Assembly: GCA_965116025.1 (NCBI GenBank) | Contig: OZ220480.1 | Location: 704,001-768,000 of the forward strand | Direction of reading: 5' to 3' | Origin: an uncultured candidatus Porisulfidus sp. | GTDB taxonomy: Bacteria > Pseudomonadota > Gammaproteobacteria > Poriferisulfidales > Poriferisulfidaceae | Length of the DNA stretch: 64,000 nt | In this document: positions 43,187-52,325 of the stretch, in pieces | Position numbering within the stretch: position 1 is the first letter of the stretch | Layout of the letters: every line of letters starts with the position of its first letter | Translations under genes and position numbers: made by a program | Notes under the pieces: generated by a model | The model's input: only the letters and a program-made list of their open reading frames with translations | Databases searched by the model: none | What the model was told of the DNA's origin: nothing

Positions 43187-45424
43187 ATGCAGACCTTTCG
43201 CCGCGCCTTTCTGCTGATGACCCTGGGACCCTGGGGCGCCGTGGCGTGGGCGGAGGAGCCGTTGCCCCTTCCGGAACCGCTCGAGCCGGCGTATTGCGGA
43301 CCGATGGATATCGGCGTGGACGCGGGGGAGAGCGATGAGCTGGAGGCGGAGGCCGGACGGGTCCGGCGCGACGGCGACCAGGTCGAGATGAGCGTGGACG
43401 TTCGCGTTCGACAGGGAACCGCGCGCGCCAGCGCGGAATCCGCGCGGATCGACCGCGGGCGGAGCCGGGCGACGCTGGAAGGCGACGTTCGCATGAGCGG
43501 GCCGGGCGTCGCTCTGGAGGCCGATCGGATGGAGCTGGACTACGCGCGCGGACGGATGGAGGCCACCGACGCCCGCTATCGCCTGAGCGGAGGGGGGACG
43601 GGTCGCGCCCAGCGGATCGAGCGCTCCGAGGACGGCGCGCTGGAGGCCGAGGAAGCCAGTTATTCCACCTGCGCGCTGGAGAGCCCGCTCTGGAGCTTGC
43701 GGGCGGAGACGATCCGGATCGATCCGGCTGAGGGACAGGGCGAGGCGCGTGGCGCCACGCTCCGCCTCGGTCCGGTACCGGTGATGGCCATGCCTTGGGT
43801 GGGATTTCCGGTCGGGGACGCGCGCAGGAGCGGCTGGCTGGCGCCGGAGCTCGGGACTTCCGACGATCTGGGCTACTCCCTGGAGACACCGTATTATCTG
43901 AATCTCGCCCCGCACTACGACGCGGTCCTATCCGCCCGCTACATGGGACGGAGGGGCTTGCAGGTCAAGCCGAGCGGCCGCTACCGGACGCGGCATGGCG
44001 GCGGCGCGGTTCGCGCCGAGTTCCTGAGCGATAACGAGACGGACGATGACCGCTACCTGCTGCACTGGCGCCACGCCGGCGCTCGCCTGAGTGGCTGGGA
44101 CTACCGGATCGACTACACCGACGTGTCCGACCGCGCGTATCTAGAGGATTTCCGGTCGGGCGTCCACGGGCTGTCGGCGACCCGACTGCGGCAGGAGGCG
44201 AGCGTCGCGTGGCGCTCTCCCGCGTGGACCTTCAGCGCCGCGTTGACCGGGAGCGACCCGCTGAAGGACCAGATCGAGCGGTGGGACCGGTTGCCGAAGG
44301 CGCGCGCCAAGGGAGTCGTCCGGATTCCCTCGGCGGGGTTGGTGCTGGTCCCGGCGTTCGCGGTTGACGCGTTCCGGGGTGATCTGGACGCGCTGGGCGT
44401 GCAGGGGGAGCGCTACGACGCGGGGCTGACGCTCGCCCGAAAGATCGCCGGTGCTGGCTGGCAGGTGACGCCGCGCCTGCAGTGGCGCCACACCCAGTAC
44501 AATCTGAAGCATTCCGACGCCGCGGAGGCGACCGCCAGGGAGGCGGGCGAGAAACTGGAGCGCTCGCCAAGCCGGACCTTGCCGATCTACAGCGTCGACG
44601 CGCGGGCGCGATTCGAGCGGCGGTTGGAGGACGGCGCCGTGCAGACGCTGGAGCCGCGGCTCTTCTATCTAAGCCGCCCGCGGCGCGATCATAGCGACAT
44701 TCCCATGTTCGACAGCCGGAGAATGGATCTCGATTTCGACACGATGTTCCGCGGCCCCCGAGCCGCGGGGCGCGACCGGATCGGCGCCGTCGACCTTCTG
44801 GCGACCGGCGTCGAAACGCGAATCATCGACCCGGTCTCGGGCTACCAGCGACTGCGGGCCCGGCTTGGCCGCGTCTGGTATTTCCGGCCTCCGCCCGCGC
44901 TCGTCCATGGCGGCGAGGGAGACCACGCGAAATCCGCCTGGGCCGCCGAGATCGATTTCCGCCCCGCGCCGCGATTCCAGTTGCGGTCCGCGTTGCGCTA
45001 CGATCCGGGGCATAAGGGTAGCGACACGACTTGGGCCTCGCACATGATCGGCTGGAACGGAACGGATGGCGAGCGCTTCCAGGCGCGCTACCTCCGCCGC
45101 GCGGAACCCTTGGGCGAGGCGGAGAAAATCGAGCAGGCGGAGGCGTCCGCGCTGTTCCCGCTGGGCCAGAACTGGCATATGACCTTTCGCTACCGCTACG
45201 ATTTGCGTGGAGACCGGAGTCTGGAGACCCTGTCCGCTCTCGAGTACCGAGGGTGCTGCATGACCGTGGGAATCGGCGCGTGGAAGATTCGCCGCGAGGT
45301 AGGAGAGGAATCCGAAAGCCGCGTGATGCTGCAGGTTCGCTTCCATGGTCTGGCCGGTTTCGGGGAGGACGTCGTGGCCCGGACGCGCCGGGAACTGGAC
45401 GGGGAGTTGGTATGGCCCTATTGA
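43187..45424 (+). CDS. lptD: LPS assembly outer membrane protein LptD
   Basis: OstA-like N-terminus, YSTC, RRSGWLAP, PYYLNLAPHYD, QTLEPRLFYL, EYRGCC; upstream of surA. Confidence 0.93.
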   Translation: MQTFRRAFLLMTLGPWGAVAWAEEPLPLPEPLEPAYCGPMDIGVDAGESDELEAEAGRVRRDGDQVEMSVDVRVRQGTARASAESARIDRGRSRATLEGDVRMSGPGVALEADRMELDYARGRMEATDARYRLSGGGTGRAQRIERSEDGALEAEEASYSTCALESPLWSLRAETIRIDPAEGQGEARGATLRLGPVPVMAMPWVGFPVGDARRSGWLAPELGTSDDLGYSLETPYYLNLAPHYDAVLSARYMGRRGLQVKPSGRYRTRHGGGAVRAEFLSDNETDDDRYLLHWRHAGARLSGWDYRIDYTDVSDRAYLEDFRSGVHGLSATRLRQEASVAWRSPAWTFSAALTGSDPLKDQIERWDRLPKARAKGVVRIPSAGLVLVPAFAVDAFRGDLDALGVQGERYDAGLTLARKIAGAGWQVTPRLQWRHTQYNLKHSDAAEATAREAGEKLERSPSRTLPIYSVDARARFERRLEDGAVQTLEPRLFYLSRPRRDHSDIPMFDSRRMDLDFDTMFRGPRAAGRDRIGAVDLLATGVETRIIDPVSGYQRLRARLGRVWYFRPPPALVHGGEGDHAKSAWAAEIDFRPAPRFQLRSALRYDPGHKGSDTTWASHMIGWNGTDGERFQARYLRRAEPLGEAEKIEQAEASALFPLGQNWHMTFRYRYDLRGDRSLETLSALEYRGCCMTVGIGAWKIRREVGEESESRVMLQVRFHGLAGFGEDVVARTRRELDGELVWPY

Positions 45425-46701
45425 TTCGCGCCGGAATCCTGGCGCTGTCGCTGGGCGCCGGGGCCGCGGCGGCCGAGGTGCTGGACCGCGTGGTGGCGGT
45501 GGTCGAGGACGACGTCATCACCCTGTCGGAGCTCCAGGATCGCGTCGAGATCATCGTCAAGCAGATTCAGCAAGGAGGAACGCCGTTGCCGCCGCGCGAC
45601 CAGCTGATCGACCAAGTGCTGGAATACATGGTCGTCGCCCGCCTGCAACTGCAGCTCGCGGAGAAGCGAGGGGTCGCCCTGCCGGTCGACGCGGTGGCAC
45701 GCGAGATCCAGTCGCTCGCGCGGCGCAACGGAATGGAGACGCAGGAGTTCCGGCGCCAGATGGAGCGTGGGGGGGTCCGCTTCGCCAGCTTCTACGACTA
45801 CCTCCACGAGCAGATGCTGACCCAGCGTCTTCAGCAGATGGAGTCCCGCCGGCTGGTGCGAGTCACGGAGGAGGAGGTCGACAACTTCATTCGGTTGCAC
45901 TCCGATCGCCTCCAGGCCGACGTCCGGTATCACTTGGCGCACATTCTGCTCGCTGTGGAAGGGCGGCCAACCCCGGAGGAGATCGGGCGCCTGCGGGACA
46001 AGGCCCACGGCCTGACCCAGAGAGTCCGCGACGGCGAGCGCTTCGCTCGCCTCGCCCTGACCGAATCGGATGGTCGCAACGCCCTCAAGGGTGGAGATCT
46101 CGGCTGGCGTGACGCCGCGGATCTGCCGAGTTTCGCGGCCGACGCGATCGCGGCGCTGGAGCCGGGCGAGATCACCGACCCGATTCGCAGCGCGAGCGGC
46201 TTTCACCTGTTCCAGCTCACTAACAAGGAGGGCGCCGGTCAGATCATGGTGAACCAGACGCGCTCTCGACACATCCTGATCCGGACCAGCGCCCTGGTCG
46301 ATGACGACGAGGCGCTCGCCCAGCTCAAGACCTTGAAGGACCGGCTCGCTGGGGGCGACCGCTTCGAGGACCTCGCCCGCTCGCATTCCGACGACATCGC
46401 CTCGGCCTCGGACGGAGGCAACCTCGGATGGACCTCGCCAGGCAAGCTGGACCCATACTTCGAGGAGCGGATGAACCAGCTGGAAGTTGGCGAAGTGAGC
46501 GAGCCGTTCCAGACCCAGTTCGGCTGGCACATCGTGCAGGTGCTGGAGCGCCGCCGGGTCGACGAGACGAAATCAGCCTTGCGGACGCGGGCGCTGAATC
46601 ATCTGGCCCGCTCCCGGGTCAACGACGAGATCGACATCTGGTTGCGGCGGTTGCTGAACAACTCCTACGTCCGCTATATGACCGGCGAGCGCGATGCGTG
46701 A
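45412..46701 (+). CDS. surA: Periplasmic chaperone/PPIase SurA
   Basis: DRVVAVVEDDVIT, two parvulin domains (HILL..GGDLGW; HILI..GGNLGW). Confidence 0.94.
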   Translation: MALLIRAGILALSLGAGAAAAEVLDRVVAVVEDDVITLSELQDRVEIIVKQIQQGGTPLPPRDQLIDQVLEYMVVARLQLQLAEKRGVALPVDAVAREIQSLARRNGMETQEFRRQMERGGVRFASFYDYLHEQMLTQRLQQMESRRLVRVTEEEVDNFIRLHSDRLQADVRYHLAHILLAVEGRPTPEEIGRLRDKAHGLTQRVRDGERFARLALTESDGRNALKGGDLGWRDAADLPSFAADAIAALEPGEITDPIRSASGFHLFQLTNKEGAGQIMVNQTRSRHILIRTSALVDDDEALAQLKTLKDRLAGGDRFEDLARSHSDDIASASDGGNLGWTSPGKLDPYFEERMNQLEVGEVSEPFQTQFGWHIVQVLERRRVDETKSALRTRALNHLARSRVNDEIDIWLRRLLNNSYVRYMTGERDA

Positions 46702-47680
46702 GCCGCGCGTGGCGGTGACCGCCGGCGAGCCGGGAGGGATCGGTCCGGACCTGACGCTGGCGCTCGCGGGCCGGAAGAGCCCGGCGCGTTGCGTCGCGTT
46801 CGCCGATCCGCGGCTTCTCCGGGAACGGGCCCGGCGTCTCGGTCGCTCGGTCCGGATCGTGGAATACCGTCCAAACGCCGCCCCCGAGCCGGGCGCGCTG
46901 GAAGTCCACGCCATTCCGATGCCGGGCGAGGCCCGGGCGGGCGTCGCCGAGACCCGGTTCGCTCCCTACGTTCTGGAGAGCGTCGCCAAGGCCGGGCGCG
47001 GCTGTCTCGAAGGAGAGTTCGACGCGCTGGTGACCGGGCCGGTCCAGAAAAGCTCGCTGCTGGCCGCGGGCCTGCCGTTTCGCGGTCATACGGAATACCT
47101 CGCCGAGCAGGCGGGCGCCGAGTCGGTCATGTTGCTGACCGCGGACTCCCTGCGCGTCGCGCTCGCGACCACGCACCTCCCTCTGGCCGAGGTGCCGGGG
47201 GCGGTGACCCGGGAGCGAATCGTCCTCGTCCTCGAGATCCTGATCGCGGGGCTACGGTCCAGATTTGGACTGGATCGGCCGCGGATCCGGGCGCTGGGTC
47301 TCAATCCCCATGCTGGCGAGGGCGGATATTTCGGGCGGGAGGAGCGAGAGGCCATCGCGCCGGCCATCGAGGAGGCGCGCCAGCGCGGTCATCGGGTCGA
47401 GGGCCCCGTCTCGGCCGACACGGCCTTCGTCGACCGCGACGGGGTCGACGCGTTACTCGCCATGTACCACGACCAGGGCCTCCCGGCGCTGAAAGCGCTG
47501 GGATTCGGTCACGCCGTGAACGTGACCTTGGGTCTGCCGTATGTTCGGACCTCGGTCGATCATGGCACCGCGCTGGATCTCGCCGGGACCGGCCGGGCCG
47601 ACCCCGGGAGCCTGTTCGAGGCGATCGATTCCGCGGCGCGGCAGGCGCGCGCGTCCCGGAGCTGGGCCAAGGCCGCGTGA
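46694..47680 (+). CDS. pdxA: 4-hydroxythreonine-4-phosphate dehydrogenase
   Basis: GEPGGIGPD, GHTEYL, NPHAGE, MYHDQGL, RTSVDHGTA. Confidence 0.96.
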   Translation: MREPRVAVTAGEPGGIGPDLTLALAGRKSPARCVAFADPRLLRERARRLGRSVRIVEYRPNAAPEPGALEVHAIPMPGEARAGVAETRFAPYVLESVAKAGRGCLEGEFDALVTGPVQKSSLLAAGLPFRGHTEYLAEQAGAESVMLLTADSLRVALATTHLPLAEVPGAVTRERIVLVLEILIAGLRSRFGLDRPRIRALGLNPHAGEGGYFGREEREAIAPAIEEARQRGHRVEGPVSADTAFVDRDGVDALLAMYHDQGLPALKALGFGHAVNVTLGLPYVRTSVDHGTALDLAGTGRADPGSLFEAIDSAARQARASRSWAKAA

Positions 47681-48078
47681 GCGTCTCTCCCCCGCTTCCG
47701 AAAGAATTTCTTCGGGCGTGGAGCGAGCGCGAGCCGCTGGCCGCCCTGTCCACGGTCGGCGCGGACGGTGCGCCAAACGTGATCTGGGTTCTCTGCGCGC
47801 GTCTGACCGACGAGGGGCAGGTGGTCGTGGCGGACAACGCCATGAGCAAGACCCGGGCCAACATCGACGCGGGCGGCGCCGGCGCCTTGGTGTTTTTGGC
47901 GAAGCCCCGGCGGGCCTACCAAATGAAGGGTCCGTTGTCCTATCATGCGGACGGGCCGGTCTTCGACGCGATGAAACATGGCTGGCTGGACGATTCCTAT
48001 CCTGGGTGCGGCGCGGTGCTGATGGAGATCCGGGAAATTCACGAGGGCGCGGACGAGGTCTGGCGGCGCGACGCCTGA
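47677..48078 (+). CDS. Pyridoxamine 5'-phosphate oxidase-like FMN-binding protein
   Basis: LSTVGADGAPN, VADNAMSKTRANI, AYQMKG; GTGA overlap with pdxA. Confidence 0.75.
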   Translation: MSVSPPLPKEFLRAWSEREPLAALSTVGADGAPNVIWVLCARLTDEGQVVVADNAMSKTRANIDAGGAGALVFLAKPRRAYQMKGPLSYHADGPVFDAMKHGWLDDSYPGCGAVLMEIREIHEGADEVWRRDA

Positions 48079-48081
48079 TCC

Positions 48082-48873
48082 ATGGCCCTGCCGCCGCCGC
48101 GGAAACGCCTGGGGCAGCACTTTCTGTCCGACGCGGCGAAAATCGAGGAGGTCGCGGCCGCGGTTGGCATCGCCGACACTTTGATTGAGATCGGTCCCGG
48201 CCGTGGCGCGCTGACGTTCGCGCTGGTGCCGCGGACCCGGAACCTGATCGCCATCGAGAAGGACCCGGTCCTCGCCGAATACCTGAAGCGCCGATTCGCC
48301 GACAACCCCGTGATCGAGATCCGTCACGCGGACGCGCTTCGGGAAGATCTGTCTCAGTATCCCACGGGCGCGCGGCTGGTGGGCAACTTGCCGTACAACG
48401 TGGCGACCGCGATGTTGCGGCGCTGGCTGGACCCGCGGATCCGCTTGGCGGACTTGACCGTGATGGTGCAGCGCGAGGTCGCGCTGCGCTTGGCCGCGCC
48501 GCCAGGGGACCCGTCGCGGGGGCAGCTGTCGGTGGCCGTCCAGCTATCGATGCGGGTCGAGCCGCTTTTCGATGTCGCGCCGGAATGCTTCGATCCGCCT
48601 CCCAAGGTCGTCTCCACCGTGGTGCGGCTCGCGCCGAGGAAGACCCTCCTCGTCAAGGAGGACGCGCGGGAAGATTTTCTGCGCCTCGTTCAGCAGGCGT
48701 TCGCCTCGCGCCGGAAGACCTTGCGCAACAATTTGCCGGAGATTCCGGATCTGGCGTGGGCGAGAGCGGAGATCGACCCGCGACGGCGGGCCGAGACGCT
48801 TTCGTGCGAGGAATTCGCCCGGCTGTTCCAAACGGTCCGCTCAGTCCAAGTCTCGGGCGACGCGGAAGCCTGA
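48082..48873 (+). CDS. rsmA: 16S rRNA m6,2A1518/1519 dimethyltransferase
   Basis: RKRLGQHFL, EIGPGRGALT, GNLPYN, MVQREVA, PPPKVVS, RRKTLRN. Confidence 0.96.
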   Translation: MALPPPRKRLGQHFLSDAAKIEEVAAAVGIADTLIEIGPGRGALTFALVPRTRNLIAIEKDPVLAEYLKRRFADNPVIEIRHADALREDLSQYPTGARLVGNLPYNVATAMLRRWLDPRIRLADLTVMVQREVALRLAAPPGDPSRGQLSVAVQLSMRVEPLFDVAPECFDPPPKVVSTVVRLAPRKTLLVKEDAREDFLRLVQQAFASRRKTLRNNLPEIPDLAWARAEIDPRRRAETLSCEEFARLFQTVRSVQVSGDAEA

Positions 48874-50013
48874 TGTGCTCGTCGCGCCTTGCGGAAGTCT
48901 CGGCACGCGGGCCGCCGCTCGAAGCCATCTTTCTCCATTGAACCATGAGCCTCCTCGCATCACGCGTATGAAGCACAAGCCGAACTCCCATGCGCTTCCA
49001 TCCTTTGGCCTGCCCGAATAATCGGCGTGGTAGCAATCCTGCGTCCATTCCGCGACGTTCCCGATCATGTCGTACAGTCCGAACGCGTTCGGGGGATAGG
49101 ATCCCACGGGCGCGGTTCCTGTAAATCCGTCTTCGCAGGGAATGATCCGGTCATATTGAAAGATAAAGCCGTGGAAGCTGGCGCCCGTTTGATCGTATCC
49201 GTTGGCGAACGCGCAGGGATCGTCCTCGGGCGCCCAGTAGTTGGGCGTCGTGGATCCGGCGCGCGTCGCGTACTCCCATTCCGCCTCGGTCAGCAATCGA
49301 TAGCGCTTGCCCGTCAGGCCGGACGCCCACTGCACATACAGTTGCGCGTAATGCCAATTGACATTGGGCGTGGGACGTCGTCCTTGGCCGTAGCCCTCAT
49401 CGTCAGGCGTCCATCCACCGCAACCGCCCATTCGGACGCAGTGCTCCCAATCCTCGAAAGTCACCTCGAAAACGCCCACCGCGAACGGCGCCGGGATCGT
49501 CACTTCCGTTCGCGGGGATTCGTTCTGGTCGCGATGGGCTTCCGATTCTGGCGACCCCATGATGAACGACCCGGCTGGGATCACGACCATTCTCGGAGTG
49601 GTGTCGCAATCCCGGAAAACGTCGCCCGGCTCGAGTCCTTCGGACGCGTTCGGATCGCACTCGGCGATCCATTCGGCGTCGCTTAACGCGACATATCCCC
49701 GCAGGGCCGGCTGGTTTTTTTCTCGCGGCAGATCCACGAGATACCAAGCTCGCGTTTCCCGCGATAATTGGAGCGGGGTCCCCGCAGGGACCGTCGCGAC
49801 CACCGCGCTGTTCGGGTCTGGAGCATGTCTTACCGATCCCGGGTCAGCGAGCATGCGCAACTCCAGCGCGTCCGCTGGCGCGGGAACGGCGAAACTGGAG
49901 AGCGCCACCACGCTGAGCGTCAGGAGAGCGAGGACTCTGCCGAAGGCGCCTTGACCGAGCGCCCTTCTCGCCACGAAGGGAAAAAGCGAGATCGGTGAGC
50001 TATCGCGTCCCAT
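48841..50013 (-). CDS. SH3-like + FGE-sulfatase (SUMF1/CLec-fold) domain protein, secreted
   Basis: Signal peptide, SH3b-like segment, MVVIPAGSFIMG, YRLLTEAEWEYA, PNAFGLYDMIGNVAEW, RGGSW, GFRVARD. Confidence 0.85.
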   Translation of the reverse strand: MGRDSSPISLFPFVARRALGQGAFGRVLALLTLSVVALSSFAVPAPADALELRMLADPGSVRHAPDPNSAVVATVPAGTPLQLSRETRAWYLVDLPREKNQPALRGYVALSDAEWIAECDPNASEGLEPGDVFRDCDTTPRMVVIPAGSFIMGSPESEAHRDQNESPRTEVTIPAPFAVGVFEVTFEDWEHCVRMGGCGGWTPDDEGYGQGRRPTPNVNWHYAQLYVQWASGLTGKRYRLLTEAEWEYATRAGSTTPNYWAPEDDPCAFANGYDQTGASFHGFIFQYDRIIPCEDGFTGTAPVGSYPPNAFGLYDMIGNVAEWTQDCYHADYSGRPKDGSAWEFGLCFIRVMRGGSWFNGERWLRAAARVPRLPQGATSTSGFRVARDLD

Positions 50014-50016
50014 CGC

Positions 50017-51261
50017 TCAATCCAGATCCCGGGCGATGCGAAGCCCTAGACTGCTGTAACTACCGCCTATCGTTCTTCTGGTGCGCGACGCCCACCGGTT
50101 TTTGTGTAAAGCGTAGGCCCACGCGCCGCCGCGCGTGACGCGAGCGTCGCAATCGCCCGCCTCCCAAGCGCTTCCGTCCGTCGGGGCGCCGAGATAACTG
50201 TCGTTGTAGCAGTCCTGCGTCCATTCGGCGACGTTTCCCACCATCTCATGCAACCCGAACGCGTTCGGTGGGAAGGAACCTACGGGGGCGCTGGCCACAT
50301 ATCCATCCGCGCATGGAAGATTCAAGCGGACCGAGGCCGCTAAGCCGGGAAGGGCCTTCATCGCCGTTTGGTCAAGGCCATTCAGACGCTCGCAATACGT
50401 CGATCCCTCTCCGGCATTCTGGCTGGGTCCCGCTGCTCCCGCCCGGGCGGCGTATTCCCACTCCGATTCGCTCAGTAGCCGATACCTTTTCCCTGTCACC
50501 GCGGACAGCCATCGCACGTACTGTCGCGCTTGCGACCAGTTCACGTTGATTAAGGGAAGGTTCCCGTGTCCAAGGCCGAGATCGTGGGGCGTGCTCGTGC
50601 CGCATCCCCCCGCTCTCTGGCAGGCGTCCCACTGCTCGAAGGTCACCTCGTACACTCCCGCCGCGAACGGAGTGGCGATCTCCACCTTTCGCTGGGGGCC
50701 TTCATGGGGCAACCGGTGTTTTTCCGATTCCGACGATCCCATGATGAAGCTTCCCGCGGGCACGACGACCATTTCCGGCGCCGCCGCGCAATCCCGAAAC
50801 CGGTCTCCTGGCCTTAAATCCGTAATTTCCGAAGAAGCGCAGTTGGCGGTCCACTCGACATCGCTTACCGAGACGTAGCCTTTCCGAAAGGAAGGCCCTT
50901 CCGAGTTCTCGTATGGCTCGACGAGATACCAGGTTCGCGTTTCCGAGATGGCCCGAAGGGGAGCGCGCGCGGGCACGGTCGAGATAATCTCGCTGTTCGG
51001 GTCCGGGGCCGCCCGTATCGCGCCCGGGTCGGCGCGCATGCGCAGAGTGATCATGCTGGATCTCAGCGGGTCCAGTTGCTGGGACCCGAACGTCGATCGC
51101 AAGATGAGCAACTCCTTGATGGTGAACTTGGACAGAAAACTAACGCCTTGGTGAATCGACGACCAATTCATCAGAACGAAATAAGCCAACAGAACCATGG
51201 CGAGAACGCCGACAGTCCCCGCGACCCCCTTCCAAGACTTCAGGAATCTCGCCCCGCTCAA
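50017..51261 (-). CDS. SH3-like + FGE-sulfatase domain protein, N-terminal membrane anchor (paralogue)
   Basis: TM helix, same SH3-like segment, YRLLSESEWEYAA, PNAFGLHEMVGNVAEW, RGGAW, GLRIARD. Confidence 0.85.
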   Translation of the reverse strand: MSGARFLKSWKGVAGTVGVLAMVLLAYFVLMNWSSIHQGVSFLSKFTIKELLILRSTFGSQQLDPLRSSMITLRMRADPGAIRAAPDPNSEIISTVPARAPLRAISETRTWYLVEPYENSEGPSFRKGYVSVSDVEWTANCASSEITDLRPGDRFRDCAAAPEMVVVPAGSFIMGSSESEKHRLPHEGPQRKVEIATPFAAGVYEVTFEQWDACQRAGGCGTSTPHDLGLGHGNLPLINVNWSQARQYVRWLSAVTGKRYRLLSESEWEYAARAGAAGPSQNAGEGSTYCERLNGLDQTAMKALPGLAASVRLNLPCADGYVASAPVGSFPPNAFGLHEMVGNVAEWTQDCYNDSYLGAPTDGSAWEAGDCDARVTRGGAWAYALHKNRWASRTRRTIGGSYSSLGLRIARDLD

Positions 51262-51489
51262 TTTTCCGTTCCCGCTTTAGAGTGGCTCGGTCGTTGCCCC
51301 GACGGCGATTCGCGTCCGCGACCGATTCGACGCGTGGGTCCCGAGATTCATCAGCGTTCCGCTCTCCCGCGGCTTCCAGTAGGGAAAGAATATACTACCA
51401 GTTTCATTTTGGAATGTTAAATCGCCGAATCGAGTTCTGGTGCCAAGGTCCATCGAACGTGAAATTCCGACGACATCCATGAAGTGAGC

Positions 51490-51771
51490 ATGCGGACGAT
51501 AATATTGGCTATGTCGGCCGTGGTGCTGGCCGGGGGGTGCTCGCGAGTCATCCAGGATACCCGCGAGCATATGGCATGCTATTACGAGACGAGGTATCTT
51601 CAAGAGAAATACGAATATACGGAATGCAGAAGCAAAACGGATGATAGCGGAGCAACAGTTGAAAGGTGCGACAAGATCGCCACGTACCCGCGACGGGAAG
51701 CGTACGACGAATGTCTCGCCAGAATTAAATCCGAGATGAAGAGGACGGAGAGCGGAGTCATGGATGAGTGA
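51490..51771 (+). CDS. Small Cys-rich lipoprotein
   Basis: MRTIILAMSAVVLAGG-C lipobox; four further cysteines. Confidence 0.6.
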   Translation: MRTIILAMSAVVLAGGCSRVIQDTREHMACYYETRYLQEKYEYTECRSKTDDSGATVERCDKIATYPRREAYDECLARIKSEMKRTESGVMDE

Positions 51772-51848
51772 AGCCCCCACGAGATGGTTTCAGCCAATCA
51801 CCAAGACTTCAAACCAATCGAGGGAAACCTGCGTCAAGCGGCGACTGA

Positions 51849-52320
51849 CCTCGATCTCCGAGCTAATCGATTCTGACGATTTTGGCCGGTCCGGGATTTC
51901 GCGTGGGCTCGGCGGCGAGGATTCGGCTCGCTTTCGGGGCGTTTTCCAGCGAAAAACTCACCCCCGCGCAGGGCTCCACCAGCCGCGCGAGGTGGCGAGG
52001 TCAGATCGGGGTGGATAAAGTGCCGGCCCGCCCGCTAGTCCAGCCTCGCGACGACTCCGGCATGGCTCGCGGAAGGTCGCGCGGGATCCGCGCCTTGCCC
52101 AGCTGTTAAGGCATGATGATGCTCCCGTCGGGGTTGACGCGGCTCATCTTGTCGTCGCCGGTGGCAACGGACGGGAGGGGTGAAATTCGGGTTCATATAA
52201 TGGAATTCGCGGTTGGTCGTTCACCCAATGAGTGAAACTTTCCAACTTCCATCCGAACGGATTGCCTCGACGGGATCGGCCCCAGCCGGGATTCCCGCTC
52301 CTTTAGTTTGGAGATCTAGG
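51849..52320 (-). mobile_element. Internally deleted IS1380-family derivative (MITE-like, both ends)
   Basis: Left end identical to the full IS (CCTCGATCTCCGAGCTAATCGATTCTGACG); degenerate right end TAGTTTGGAGATCTAGG; ends 5 bp before the autotransporter 2 ATG. Confidence 0.85.
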
Positions 52321-52325
52321 GCTTC

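Noticed and set aside
48841-51850. Complete diversity-generating retroelement
   Set aside because: No reverse transcriptase, accessory gene or TR/VR pair in the window.
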